IMG/VR virus record: IMGVR_UViG_3300032213_003144
Span: 106,426-170,425 of that record
Source: a virus
Strand: one strand, 5' to 3'
Length of the DNA: 64,000 nucleotides
The stretch's first letter is position 1. Every line of letters begins with the position of its first letter. The translations under genes and the position numbers were made by a program. Below are positions 35,207-44,031 of the stretch, in pieces. The notes under the pieces were generated by a model, which had not been told where the DNA came from, ran no database searches, and saw only the letters and a program-made list of their open reading frames with translations.

Positions 35207-36475
35207 ATGGATAACAACGAAATTGACTCACTGTACGAAGAGTTGCTCAAAATCGAAGAGATTTTTATAAAGAGTGATGTAGCTACAGAACATATAGAAG
35301 ACGAAAAAGTGCACCTTGAAAGCACACCTCTTTACGACGAGTATTACGGAGCAAGAGTTTTCAGTGAACTTTCTGATAAGTTTGATGAAAGAGAAGAGAA
35401 GTCAGCGTTAAAAGACCCAGACGGTGGTCTTACTGCTGAAGGAAGAAAATTTTTCAAGCGCACTGAAGGCGCAAACTTAAAGCCTGGAGTAAAAGGCCCA
35501 GCAGATACTCCAGAAAAAATGAGAAGAAAAGGTTCATTCCTTACACGCTTCTTTACAAACCCTTCAGGTCCATTGGTTGACGAAAAAGGAAGAGCAACAA
35601 GACTTGCTTTATCCGCTACAGCTTGGGGCGAGAGAGTACCTAAGAATGCAGAAGATGCTGCTGCATTAGCATCAAAGGGTAGAGCACTGCTTGATAAATA
35701 CGAAAATTCAAAAAAGAAGTCAGAAGAAATCGAAGATATTGAAGTAAAAGCTGGCGGCTCTGCCCTTGGTGCTTCAATAGGTCAGGCTGCTGGTGGTGCT
35801 GCTCCAACTGGAACGAATCCACAAGATACAAGAGACCATGACGGCGATGGAATGATTTTTGATGGAACACCACAAGAGCAAAGAAAGCCGTACGAACGCT
35901 CCAAGGATGCCAACTACGAGAAGCAAAGAAGAAAGTTTGTACGAGAGCAACTCAGAAGGCAAGGCATAAAAGCAAACAGAAGAGTTGAAGATAGAAGTAA
36001 GGAAGAAAGAGATGCTCGAGCTAGAGCAAGAGCAGCTTTCGATAAAGTTCTACGTGACGGACAAGGAAAACCAACGGCTGACGGCCTACCAAAGGGTCCA
36101 AGTTATCCACCAGGCCAATCCGTACCAAAGAAGTATCCACCTGGACAAAAGCCTGAATATAGAAAACCCGAGCCACCAGCAGATAGAAAACCTGCTGATA
36201 GATATCCAGAGCCAGGCAAGAAGTATCCTCCTGGTCAGAAACCTTCCCCATCGAGCCCACGTGACCAAAAGCCAGCCGATAGATACCCGCAAACCAGCAA
36301 TCCTTCTGCCACACGACCTGGAGCAGATAGGACAGAGCAAGCAAGTGGCCCAGCCAGAGGTCCGCGAGTTGACAGGGACAAGAATCCAGACCCAGGATTC
36401 TTCAAGCCAAAACCACAGCTCGGACCCCCTACACCAAAAAGAACACCAGGTAACAACGGGTTACGCAGGTCCTAA
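35207..36475 (+). CDS. Head-region protein (DUF6321-like domain, DxDGDG module, Pro-rich repeats)
   Basis: KDPDGGLTAEGR..ANLKPGV..RRKGSF; DHDGDGMIFDGTP; YPPGQ and KPADRYP repeats. Confidence 0.7.
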   Translation: MDNNEIDSLYEELLKIEEIFIKSDVATEHIEDEKVHLESTPLYDEYYGARVFSELSDKFDEREEKSALKDPDGGLTAEGRKFFKRTEGANLKPGVKGPADTPEKMRRKGSFLTRFFTNPSGPLVDEKGRATRLALSATAWGERVPKNAEDAAALASKGRALLDKYENSKKKSEEIEDIEVKAGGSALGASIGQAAGGAAPTGTNPQDTRDHDGDGMIFDGTPQEQRKPYERSKDANYEKQRRKFVREQLRRQGIKANRRVEDRSKEERDARARARAAFDKVLRDGQGKPTADGLPKGPSYPPGQSVPKKYPPGQKPEYRKPEPPADRKPADRYPEPGKKYPPGQKPSPSSPRDQKPADRYPQTSNPSATRPGADRTEQASGPARGPRVDRDKNPDPGFFKPKPQLGPPTPKRTPGNNGLRRS

Positions 36476-36876
36476 TGGAGCGCTTTTGGTACGGAGCAAC
36501 GCTTCTCAAGGTAATTGATGGTGACACGGTTGAACTAATGGTCGATTTGGGTTTCAATATAAATTACAAGATGAGAGTTCGCCTTTACGGGGTGAATACT
36601 CCCGAATCACGTACAAAAGACCTTGTCGAAAAAGAGCTTGGCCTAAAAGCAAAGAAATTTACGGAGGAGTGGCTTACAAACCATCAGTGGGTTTTTGTAA
36701 ATACCATTCCAGATAAAAACGATAAATATGGACGGATACTAGCAAGGATATTTTCATCCGACAAGATAGATGACCCGAAAACTGCATGCCTAAATATTGA
36801 CATAATTCAATCTGGTCTTGCAAGGGAATACTTTGGCATTGGCGACAAAACGTGGGCTGAGTTCAAAACCAAATAA
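36475..36876 (+). CDS. Thermonuclease (SNase-like) protein
   Basis: VIDGDTV, RVRLYGVNTPE, DKYGRILA. Confidence 0.9.
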   Translation: MERFWYGATLLKVIDGDTVELMVDLGFNINYKMRVRLYGVNTPESRTKDLVEKELGLKAKKFTEEWLTNHQWVFVNTIPDKNDKYGRILARIFSSDKIDDPKTACLNIDIIQSGLAREYFGIGDKTWAEFKTK

Positions 36877-36900
36877 CAGCAAGTATGAGATAATGGTTGT

Positions 36901-37173
36901 ATGAAAAAGGACCTGCTGGTAAATGTATTACTTAGAATTCTTGCTACTTTCGCCGCATCTGGTCTTGGTGTTATCGGTGCAGGAACTATTGCTGGTGTTC
37001 CAATACTTAAAGCTGTCTTCATGGCTGGAATTGCAGGGGTTGCAGTCGTAATAGAGGGACTCTCTAGAGCATTCTTGGAAGATGGGAAACTTTCGAGTTC
37101 TGAAATAAACGACGTTTTCAACAAGATAGACAAGAAGGCCCCAGCAAAGGCGAAGCAGAATGAAGCGGTTTAG
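36901..37173 (+). CDS. Small two-TM membrane protein (holin-like)
   Basis: Two hydrophobic helices and a charged C-terminus. Confidence 0.55.
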   Translation: MKKDLLVNVLLRILATFAASGLGVIGAGTIAGVPILKAVFMAGIAGVAVVIEGLSRAFLEDGKLSSSEINDVFNKIDKKAPAKAKQNEAV

Positions 37174-37384
37174 TATTGTTTTTCTATCTATATTCTTTCT
37201 TGCTTCTTGTGGCTATGAGGGAAAATATCGATACTCATGTCAGGACCCTGAAAATTGGGGCAAGACAGAATGTGAACCACCTATATGCGAAGTAGATGGG
37301 AATTGCACAAAAACCTTGCTTGGTTTCAATCCGACAGATACAACAATAGAAGCAAATCCAACAGAGGAAACAGTCGCACCATGA
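37160..37384 (+). CDS. Predicted lipoprotein
   Basis: MKR, hydrophobic stretch, LASC lipobox; Cys-rich mature part. Confidence 0.65.
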   Translation: MKRFSIVFLSIFFLASCGYEGKYRYSCQDPENWGKTECEPPICEVDGNCTKTLLGFNPTDTTIEANPTEETVAP

Positions 37385-37662
37385 AAAAGCGCTTAACACC
37401 AGCAGAACTTGATGCACGCCTTAAGTTTGTTATCGGTTGCATGCTTGGATTTGTTCTTATGATTACAACGGTAGGAGTACTCTGGGCGCTTGTATTCGTG
37501 ACACAGCCAATCGGCGCCCAAGCCGAAAACGACAAGATGTTCTTCGGTGTTCTGTCATCCGTGGCCACCTTTATTACTGGTACGCTAGCAGGACTGATGA
37601 TTTCAACCGGGAGAAATACCGAAGACAAAAACGGTAACGGCATCCCAGATAGCGAGGAGTAA
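37381..37662 (+). CDS. Two-TM membrane protein
   Basis: ATG 37381 overlaps the upstream stop; two TM segments; DKNGNG tail. Confidence 0.65.
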   Translation: MKKRLTPAELDARLKFVIGCMLGFVLMITTVGVLWALVFVTQPIGAQAENDKMFFGVLSSVATFITGTLAGLMISTGRNTEDKNGNGIPDSEE

Positions 37663-37663
37663 T

Positions 37664-38110
37664 ATGAGCTCTAGTACATGGGGTACATATCAAGGCGCAA
37701 TAACTGGCTTTAGGTTTGAAACAAAGGCAGACAAGAAATGTCCGCCCGCAACACAGGACATAGCTGTCAATCTCCGAAATCGCGGCAAAGCAATTAAGAC
37801 TGCTATGTACGGTCCATTGAATCCATCTGAACCTAATGAAGATTACTGGAAGAAAATTGGCGATGAATGGGATGTTGATACTGCTACCGCAAAAAAACAA
37901 CGATGCGGAAACTGTGTGATGTTTATTCAAACTCCATCAATGAAGGCATGTATAAATTCAGCAGTTACGGGTGGTGACCGTCAAGACGAATGGGAAGCCA
38001 TAGATGCTGCTGGACAACTCGGGTACTGCGAAGCGTTTGACTTTAAGTGCGCATCAAAGAGAACTTGCCGAGCATGGGTTACTGGTGGACCAATCACAAA
38101 GGAAAAATAA
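37664..38110 (+). CDS. Cys-rich protein (HiPIP-like CxxC...C...C pattern)
   Basis: RCGNCVMF...GYCEAFDFKCASKRTCRAW. Confidence 0.6.
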   Translation: MSSSTWGTYQGAITGFRFETKADKKCPPATQDIAVNLRNRGKAIKTAMYGPLNPSEPNEDYWKKIGDEWDVDTATAKKQRCGNCVMFIQTPSMKACINSAVTGGDRQDEWEAIDAAGQLGYCEAFDFKCASKRTCRAWVTGGPITKEK

Positions 38111-38355
38111 TGAGAGTCTGGATTGACCAAGACTTATGTACTGGAGACGGACTATGCGCAGAAATAGCCCCAGATGTTTTTCACATGATGCCGGACGGTC
38201 TTGCGTATGTAAAAGAAGGGGACAAGATTTATGCGGCCGCTGTAGGGAACCCAGAAGGCGCAGCTGGCTTAGCATCCTTTTCGGACAACAGGCTTGAAGA
38301 CGTTATTGAGTCAGCAGAAGAATGCCCTGGGGAATGTATCTTTATCGAGCCTTAG
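38110..38355 (+). CDS. fdx: Ferredoxin (single cluster, actinobacterial type)
   Basis: MRVWIDQDLCTGDGLCAEIAPDVF...AEECPGECI; ATG at 38110. Confidence 0.92.
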   Translation: MRVWIDQDLCTGDGLCAEIAPDVFHMMPDGLAYVKEGDKIYAAAVGNPEGAAGLASFSDNRLEDVIESAEECPGECIFIEP

Positions 38356-38498
38356 CGCCCGAGTCGTTCCCTCTCAAAGTTAATCCATTCTTGCTTTGCG
38401 GTAGTACTACCGTATGAGTCGTAATTACTTACTGCACTCATGATGTATTTATGGAATGAAACGACCAACACTGTTGTGACAATTAAGAAAATAAGCAT
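38352..38498 (-). CDS. Small membrane-anchored hypothetical protein (48 aa, below ORF-track cutoff)
   Basis: MLIFLIVTTVLVVSFHKY...RERLGR*. Confidence 0.4.
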   Translation of the reverse strand: MLIFLIVTTVLVVSFHKYIMSAVSNYDSYGSTTAKQEWINFERERLGR

Positions 38499-38566
38499 TT
38501 GTACATTATGTCATCTAATCTCTTTTAAAGATTAAATAAACATAACTATCTTAGAAATAGATAGGC

Positions 38567-38830
38567 CTAATCTTCTGCCGTGATGCTATTTGTTTTTAAT
38601 CGCATGTCAGCTAGGGCTAATTCCGGGGTATCACCGACACCGATAGTGGAAGCGATGCTTGAATCAAAGAAGTCCAATGCGGAACAGTCATCTCCATACA
38701 TGTAATCCTGGTATTGCTCGGAATTTACAACATCGTCGAATTCTGGTATTGCGTGCCATTTTCCGCCCTCGTACACACCGGAATATCTTGATTGAATAAT
38801 CGCAACAGGGTATGTCCGATTTTCACTCAT
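38567..38830 (-). CDS. Hypothetical protein
   Basis: MSENRTYPVAIIQSRYSGVYEGGKW; overlaps the upstream stop. Confidence 0.65.
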   Translation of the reverse strand: MSENRTYPVAIIQSRYSGVYEGGKWHAIPEFDDVVNSEQYQDYMYGDDCSALDFFDSSIASTIGVGDTPELALADMRLKTNSITAED

Positions 38831-39611
38831 TTGATTTTTCCTTTCCAAAATTCGTAATGATAGTGCTTCCACTTAGATGCTGTCTGGGTATTGAGTAATC
38901 AGCAACCAGCAACCTCATCACCCATCTGTCGGTTCCATCGTATCTTGCGGCAAATGGCTTTCTTCCGTGGACGGTTGTTCTGTTATCTATCACAAGTAAG
39001 TCGCCTTTTTCTAGAACAATGTCCTGAATACTTTGACTTATTGCTTGATTAAATTCGTCTAGCGCTTCTTGTGCTTCTTCTGTTGTGCCTCGCATGAAGT
39101 ATCTGTCATAAGTTATGTCAAATCCATCATCTGAATTCTTTTTAAGTATTCTTACAACCATTTCAAAATCTGGTTCGCCATTTGAACGAAAACTATCGTC
39201 TACTCGTGTTACGTAAATAGGCTGTTGGAGTAATTCGAGTGATTTTTTACTTATTTTCTTAATTATGTCTTCACTATTTGCATACGTAGTTACGGCATTT
39301 TCGTCTCCCCTCAGGCACATGAGGAGAACATATGATGGCTTAAAGGGATGAAATGCTGTCTCGGTGTGTAGCTCTAGATTTGACTTTGATGATGTAGAAA
39401 TTTGTCCATGCTCTGTCTTGAACACGGGAAGGACATGCTGTATCAGCTGTCCACCCTGTTCTTGCCTGTAGGCAATTGGTTTACCCAAAGAAGAACCAAA
39501 CGCCATGAGGGTTTTTTTCTCCGTCAGCAACTTACTATCGCTGATGAATGGGACTGCTGGGGTTGGGCCAATATCGCCCACCTCCAGGTTTCTGTACAGT
39601 TTTACACCCAT
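38823..39611 (-). CDS. Fe(II)/2-oxoglutarate dioxygenase, TauD/clavaminate synthase-like
   Basis: LELHTETAFH, LLMCLR, GDLLVIDNRTTVHGR, DRWVMR. Confidence 0.88.
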   Translation of the reverse strand: MGVKLYRNLEVGDIGPTPAVPFISDSKLLTEKKTLMAFGSSLGKPIAYRQEQGGQLIQHVLPVFKTEHGQISTSSKSNLELHTETAFHPFKPSYVLLMCLRGDENAVTTYANSEDIIKKISKKSLELLQQPIYVTRVDDSFRSNGEPDFEMVVRILKKNSDDGFDITYDRYFMRGTTEEAQEALDEFNQAISQSIQDIVLEKGDLLVIDNRTTVHGRKPFAARYDGTDRWVMRLLVADYSIPRQHLSGSTIITNFGKEKSNE

Positions 39612-39655
39612 GTTCAGATACTACTACGCCTTAAATGTCTCCATCAAGAGACAAT

Positions 39656-39730
39656 TGGAGCCCTCTCTCGGGATTGAACCGAGGACCACCTCATTACAAG
39701 TGAGGTGCTCTACCACTGAGCTAAAAGGGC
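39656..39730 (-). tRNA. tRNA-Thr(UGU)
   Basis: Canonical cloverleaf, anticodon loop CTTGTAA, encoded CCA. Confidence 0.92.
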
Positions 39731-39810
39731 TGGACACGCAGTCTGGGAGTCGAACCCAGAGACCGTCCGTTAGATTCCACGGGTGCTCTACCGCTGATGC
39801 TTCTGCGTGC
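39731..39810 (-). tRNA. Atypical tRNA-like gene, anticodon undetermined
   Basis: Acceptor stem CACGCAG/CTGCGTG, D-loop AGCGGTA, T-arm CTGGG-TTCGACT-CCCAG and CCA, but a non-canonical anticodon arm CCGT-GGAATCTA-ACGG. Confidence 0.6.
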
Positions 39811-39845
39811 GTAAGAGAGTAACACAAATGGGGACAGGAGGGGTT

Positions 39846-40091
39846 CTAACCCTGCCCAACTTTTGAGTTTATTAACTCCAGGGCTTTGCCAACGGTGTCT
39901 ACGCCTTCAATCTCGGAGCCGGCAACGGTAACGCCAAACTCCTCCTCTAAAGCCATCACTAATTCTATGATGTCAAGAGAATCTGCGTTTAGGTCCTCCA
40001 CAAGTCTTGCTTCTGGGACTATTTTTGATTCGTCAACAATGAGAATTTCTGCGGCGCATTTTATAAATCGCTTTTCTGTGTTATCGCTCAT
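39846..40091 (-). CDS. acpP: Acyl carrier protein
   Basis: DLNADSLDIIELVMALEEEFG phosphopantetheine attachment motif. Confidence 0.92.
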   Translation of the reverse strand: MSDNTEKRFIKCAAEILIVDESKIVPEARLVEDLNADSLDIIELVMALEEEFGVTVAGSEIEGVDTVGKALELINSKVGQG

Positions 40092-40110
40092 GTTTAACAG
40101 TATATACATA

Positions 40111-40186
40111 TGGCTGGCGAGGTAGGGCTCGAACCTACGACAAGCGGATTAACAGTCCGCTGCTCTGCCAACTGAGCTACTCGCCA
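40111..40186 (-). tRNA. tRNA-Asn(GUU)
   Basis: Cloverleaf; GCGGA-CTGTTAA-TCCGC; CCA. Confidence 0.92.
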
Positions 40187-40300
40187 CCGTGAGGGTAGAC
40201 AGAGTCAGTTTCAGCACCACCTAGATGGATGCCCCCTCGTATTGCATCATAGCAATAGTAAGTCTTATTACCAGGACTTACAATTGATATAATTACAAAT

Positions 40301-40882
40301 ATGGAAACACAAAATTCAATAAAAGACGTTGTTTTGATGGATTCAGATGGGAAAGTTAATTTAATCGACGAGATTTCTGGGAAGGTAACTCTTTTTGCGA
40401 ACGTTACTGGGCACTGTGGCAATGCTGAGCAGTATGGGATTCTGGAAAAGGTTTATCAAAAGTATAAGGACAGAGGTTTTGAGGTTATTGCCGTTCCCAC
40501 GAACGACTACTGCGGAGCAGGTGTAACTTATGGCAAATACGAAAACGGCATAACCGGAGCGAAGGATGCCGAAGAATACGGACGAGCAGAGTGGAACGTC
40601 ACATATCCGTTCTCTGAGATGGTTGTTTCCCGGGAAGCTCGTGATGGGGAAGAAGAAAAGCCAGATGTTCACCCCCTATACAGGAACTTAAATCCAGAGG
40701 GAGAAAAGGCTCCAATGAACGGTAACTTTGAGAAATTCTTAGTCGACAGAAATGGCCTACAGAGAGTTAGGAAAGCAAATGGGGTTTTGCTTTGGTGGGC
40801 TCACCGTGATGGGTATTGCGAGTCACCAGAAAAAGAATACGAGAACCTATGCAACGACATAGAGCGTCTGCTTGACGAATGA
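40301..40882 (+). CDS. Glutathione peroxidase-family protein
   Basis: GKVTLFANVTGHCG, RGFEVIAVPTND, NFEKFLVDRNG. Confidence 0.85.
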   Translation: METQNSIKDVVLMDSDGKVNLIDEISGKVTLFANVTGHCGNAEQYGILEKVYQKYKDRGFEVIAVPTNDYCGAGVTYGKYENGITGAKDAEEYGRAEWNVTYPFSEMVVSREARDGEEEKPDVHPLYRNLNPEGEKAPMNGNFEKFLVDRNGLQRVRKANGVLLWWAHRDGYCESPEKEYENLCNDIERLLDE

Positions 40883-40888
40883 CTATAC

Positions 40889-41560
40889 CTAAGGGCAGTT
40901 CATTCCATTCTCAACCCAAGCCTTATATGTAACTGGCATCTTGTCTGCAAAAATAGCCTCAACAGACTTTGCGTACCTTCTAATATCAAGCTGAGCAGTT
41001 TTTGATAAACGCAAAGAAAGAAAATTCATTAAAGAACGAGCATTAACAGTCCAGTAAAACTGTGTGTACATTCCGACTGGAAGAACCGTCCTTGATAGTT
41101 CTTTCGCAATACCAATATCTATAAGTTTTTTATATGCTTCATAAGCGCTGATGTTGGCTTGATTTATTATTTCTATTGCTTGATTGGCAATGTCTTCTTC
41201 AACCATGTGAAACTCGTAGGCTCCTGGCTTTCCGACTTGCGACCTAACATCGTTTTGGTAAGGGACGAAAAAGTCTTCCCCTACTTCGCTGTATCTTGCT
41301 GAAAATTCGTTGAATGAGCCAATCCTGTGCCGAAACCACTCCCTAGCAACAAATACTGGACATTTAACATGAAAGCGAAATGAATTGTGCTCGAATGGGG
41401 TTCCATGTTTTTCGCGCATGAGGAAGTTGATTAAACCTCTACCCGAATCATCCATCTCTTGCTGGGACTTAGCAAATGAAACTCTTGCCGAATTAACGAC
41501 AGAGATATCATCTGCCATACACGAATCAAGACGAACGAAACCAAAACTCTGTGATTCCAT
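40889..41560 (-). CDS. thyX: Flavin-dependent thymidylate synthase
   Basis: HGTPFEH, AREWFRHR..SFNEFSARY, NARSLMNFLSLR. Confidence 0.95.
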   Translation of the reverse strand: MESQSFGFVRLDSCMADDISVVNSARVSFAKSQQEMDDSGRGLINFLMREKHGTPFEHNSFRFHVKCPVFVAREWFRHRIGSFNEFSARYSEVGEDFFVPYQNDVRSQVGKPGAYEFHMVEEDIANQAIEIINQANISAYEAYKKLIDIGIAKELSRTVLPVGMYTQFYWTVNARSLMNFLSLRLSKTAQLDIRRYAKSVEAIFADKMPVTYKAWVENGMNCP

Positions 41561-41579
41561 CTTTTTCCTTTTCTAGTTA

Positions 41580-41656
41580 TGGCGCGCCGGGTAGGACTTG
41601 AACCTACAACCTACAGATTAGAAGTCTGTTGCTCTATCCGATTGAGCTACCGACGC
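41580..41656 (-). tRNA. tRNA-Arg(UCU)
   Basis: Cloverleaf; ACAGA-CTTCTAA-TCTGT; CCA. Confidence 0.93.
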
Positions 41657-41663
41657 ATACCGA

Positions 41664-43589
41664 TTACTTTATCGGGCATGCTCCTGTAGCGCAATTGTCT
41701 AAATCCAAATCGCCCATGAAGGCCACGTCCTGTAATGGTGTAGAGAAATCAATCTTGGCGAGCATCTTGTCGTACTCCTCCTTGGTTATTTCTTCGTATG
41801 GAGGAAGGGAGAAGTTGTGGTCAACGTGAAGCAGGAATGAAACTGATTTAACGCTCTTGTCGTAATTCTTTGAGAGCCACTCCTGGATTTCTCCAAGTTC
41901 TTCTTTGCGGTAATAGACGGTCACGGATACGGCATTATCCGCCCACTCGGTCTGCATCTTCTTGACCCACTCAAGTTGCTCTACTGCCGTCATTGCCGAA
42001 GCGAGAATTGAACCCTCTGGCGACATGCATGGGAAGTCCACTACATAGCGCGTATGGTCCTCCCTGCCGTCGATACCAATATCCCACTGAATCTTGTAGC
42101 CACGCTTGCGACAAGCGTCTACAAGGGGGTCTGAGGAGCCAAAGCGGACACGTCTGGTGTAGAACGGAGCGAATGCTGGGTGAATTCCTGGAGTCACGCC
42201 TGGGAGCAAGGATAATGTCCCAGAAGGCTGAACCGTGGTCAAACGAACAGACTCCGGCCATCCACGCTCAGCGGAATACTGCTTATCGAATTCCTGTAGG
42301 TATTCGTATGCTGGTGAAAGCCAAGAAACCTGCTCTTCTGAGCACTGAAGGATTCCAGTAACAGACTGTCCAAGTCGCGCATTCTTGCTAACGATGTTGG
42401 TTGTCTTTTCGTATGGGTACGCCATGCGGGTGATTTGCTTTTGTGTCTTATAAAGCAAACGTGAAATTTCCTCAAATTGCTCCAATGATTCCACGTTTGG
42501 CAAAAATATTGTCGCGAGATTGCATGATTCGCCATCAGCCAATGCAATTTCTGCGCACGGGTTAAAACCTTCAATCGAGTTATCTGGCTTTGCCTCACCA
42601 AGTCGACCATACTTTCGTGCAAGACGACGATTCAATAGGCCGTAAGGCTCGCCAGTTCCGTCGTAGCCCTTCCAAAGTTCGGTCATGATTTCGTCGTAAT
42701 GGTCGGCATAAATGGAGTTATTTGAGTTCGCTCTCCATGCAGGAATATTTCCAGATGCCCAATTTTTTGCACGAAGGAAAAGAACATCATCTGGGTCACC
42801 CATTGCAATCTGCGCCGAACGACGTGATGAACCAGAAACAACGATGCGACCAATTATGTTGCAAATGTCCAGTACATCAATTGAACGAAGTTTCTTGCCT
42901 TCACGATTCTGCATGACTTTTGCAATATCCGCAATTCCCTCAATTAGTGCGCCAGGACCCGATGCGGTGCCACCAAATGTCTTCAATGGTGCGCCATACT
43001 CACGAATGAGAACCGTGGAATACGAGAAAGATTTACCAGTATCGAAATATGACTTCAGTACTGCATGAAGTAATCGCTTCCATCCTTGACGTGAGTCAGG
43101 AACAATGATGTCTGCATCGTTACTGCGTTCGTGCGTAATTGTCACGCCCAACTTAATCTTTGGCAGGTCATGAATCTTCGAGCGCTCAACGGAGAATCCA
43201 ACGCCACCACCGAGCATTAGGTATTCAAAAAGAAGCTCAAAATCTTCAATCTTTTCGATGTTTGTGAAATAGCAGTTGTTAAGTGATGTTGCATTGAGCT
43301 TCTGTACTAATGGGGTGCCAAGCTGCCAGAGTGAGCGCCCAGAAAACGAGCATCGCAGGTTGAAGCAATGGTCGAATAGGGCTTCTGCCTCTTCTTGGGT
43401 GTAGTCGACACCAACCTCAATCGCACCGTTGATAACACGCTGAAGCGTCTCAACCCAGGTCTCGTTGTTCCCGTTTTCCTTCTTGCGGCTGTAGGTGCGG
43501 AGAAATACTATTTCTCCCATTCCATTAAAGCCCCATGGCGCTTGCTTCGTTTTGTAGGAGTCGACAAAAGATTGACTAAGAGTTGACAT
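41664..43589 (-). CDS. nrdJ: Class II (AdoCbl-dependent, monomeric-type) ribonucleotide reductase
   Basis: RTYSR, SLNNC, GGGVG, RRSAQI, GFNPCAEI, CNL, TTVQPSGT, C-terminal CATGACPIK. Confidence 0.93.
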   Translation of the reverse strand: MSTLSQSFVDSYKTKQAPWGFNGMGEIVFLRTYSRKKENGNNETWVETLQRVINGAIEVGVDYTQEEAEALFDHCFNLRCSFSGRSLWQLGTPLVQKLNATSLNNCYFTNIEKIEDFELLFEYLMLGGGVGFSVERSKIHDLPKIKLGVTITHERSNDADIIVPDSRQGWKRLLHAVLKSYFDTGKSFSYSTVLIREYGAPLKTFGGTASGPGALIEGIADIAKVMQNREGKKLRSIDVLDICNIIGRIVVSGSSRRSAQIAMGDPDDVLFLRAKNWASGNIPAWRANSNNSIYADHYDEIMTELWKGYDGTGEPYGLLNRRLARKYGRLGEAKPDNSIEGFNPCAEIALADGESCNLATIFLPNVESLEQFEEISRLLYKTQKQITRMAYPYEKTTNIVSKNARLGQSVTGILQCSEEQVSWLSPAYEYLQEFDKQYSAERGWPESVRLTTVQPSGTLSLLPGVTPGIHPAFAPFYTRRVRFGSSDPLVDACRKRGYKIQWDIGIDGREDHTRYVVDFPCMSPEGSILASAMTAVEQLEWVKKMQTEWADNAVSVTVYYRKEELGEIQEWLSKNYDKSVKSVSFLLHVDHNFSLPPYEEITKEEYDKMLAKIDFSTPLQDVAFMGDLDLDNCATGACPIK

Positions 43590-43676
43590 GTTTCCATTCC
43601 TGTAATTGGCTAGTGATGAGAGAGACGAGTGTACCGTAAGGATGAATACTGAAATGGTCTAGCATCCAACTAATTT

Positions 43677-44012
43677 TTATTTTATAAGGCCAAGTTCCCT
43701 GGCTGTAATTAAAGGTATTTGTTTACCTTTTTTATATTTAAGAATTCTTGTATTTATTCCTGGCGCTATTTCAAAGGGAATCCAATAATCCTCAGTTACT
43801 ATGAAAACCTGATTTGCATCAAGGGACGAGTGTGTGTTATATCCCCATAGTTGAATTATCTCATTACTTTCTTTTTCGTTTACACAATCACCAGTTGGGT
43901 GTCCGCAAACTAGACACGGAGTACGAGTTGCTCTTAAGTACGTAACTCCATCAATTTCTTCATTTTCATCTTGCCCGCCAAAACCAGGGCTTGAGTAAAA
44001 TGGCTGATTCAT
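43677..44012 (-). CDS. Hypothetical protein (CxxC..H..C)
   Basis: PCLVCGHPTGDC. Confidence 0.65.
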   Translation of the reverse strand: MNQPFYSSPGFGGQDENEEIDGVTYLRATRTPCLVCGHPTGDCVNEKESNEIIQLWGYNTHSSLDANQVFIVTEDYWIPFEIAPGINTRILKYKKGKQIPLITARELGLIK

Positions 44013-44031
44013 CTACTTATTATACAGCTTG

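Noticed and set aside
39731-39810. Amber suppressor implying TAG recoding of the genome
   Set aside because: CUA is not centred in a canonical 7-nt loop, and the standard code already gives dense, intact genes, several ending in TAG (e.g. portal, terL)
39402-39827. ORFs overlapping the tRNA pair (39624-39827, 39505-39822, 39402-39677)
   Set aside because: They overlap tRNA genes or the dioxygenase on the opposite strand
41664-43589. Intein or intron in RNR, terminase or primase-helicase
   Set aside because: Lengths are normal and no splicing motifs were seen
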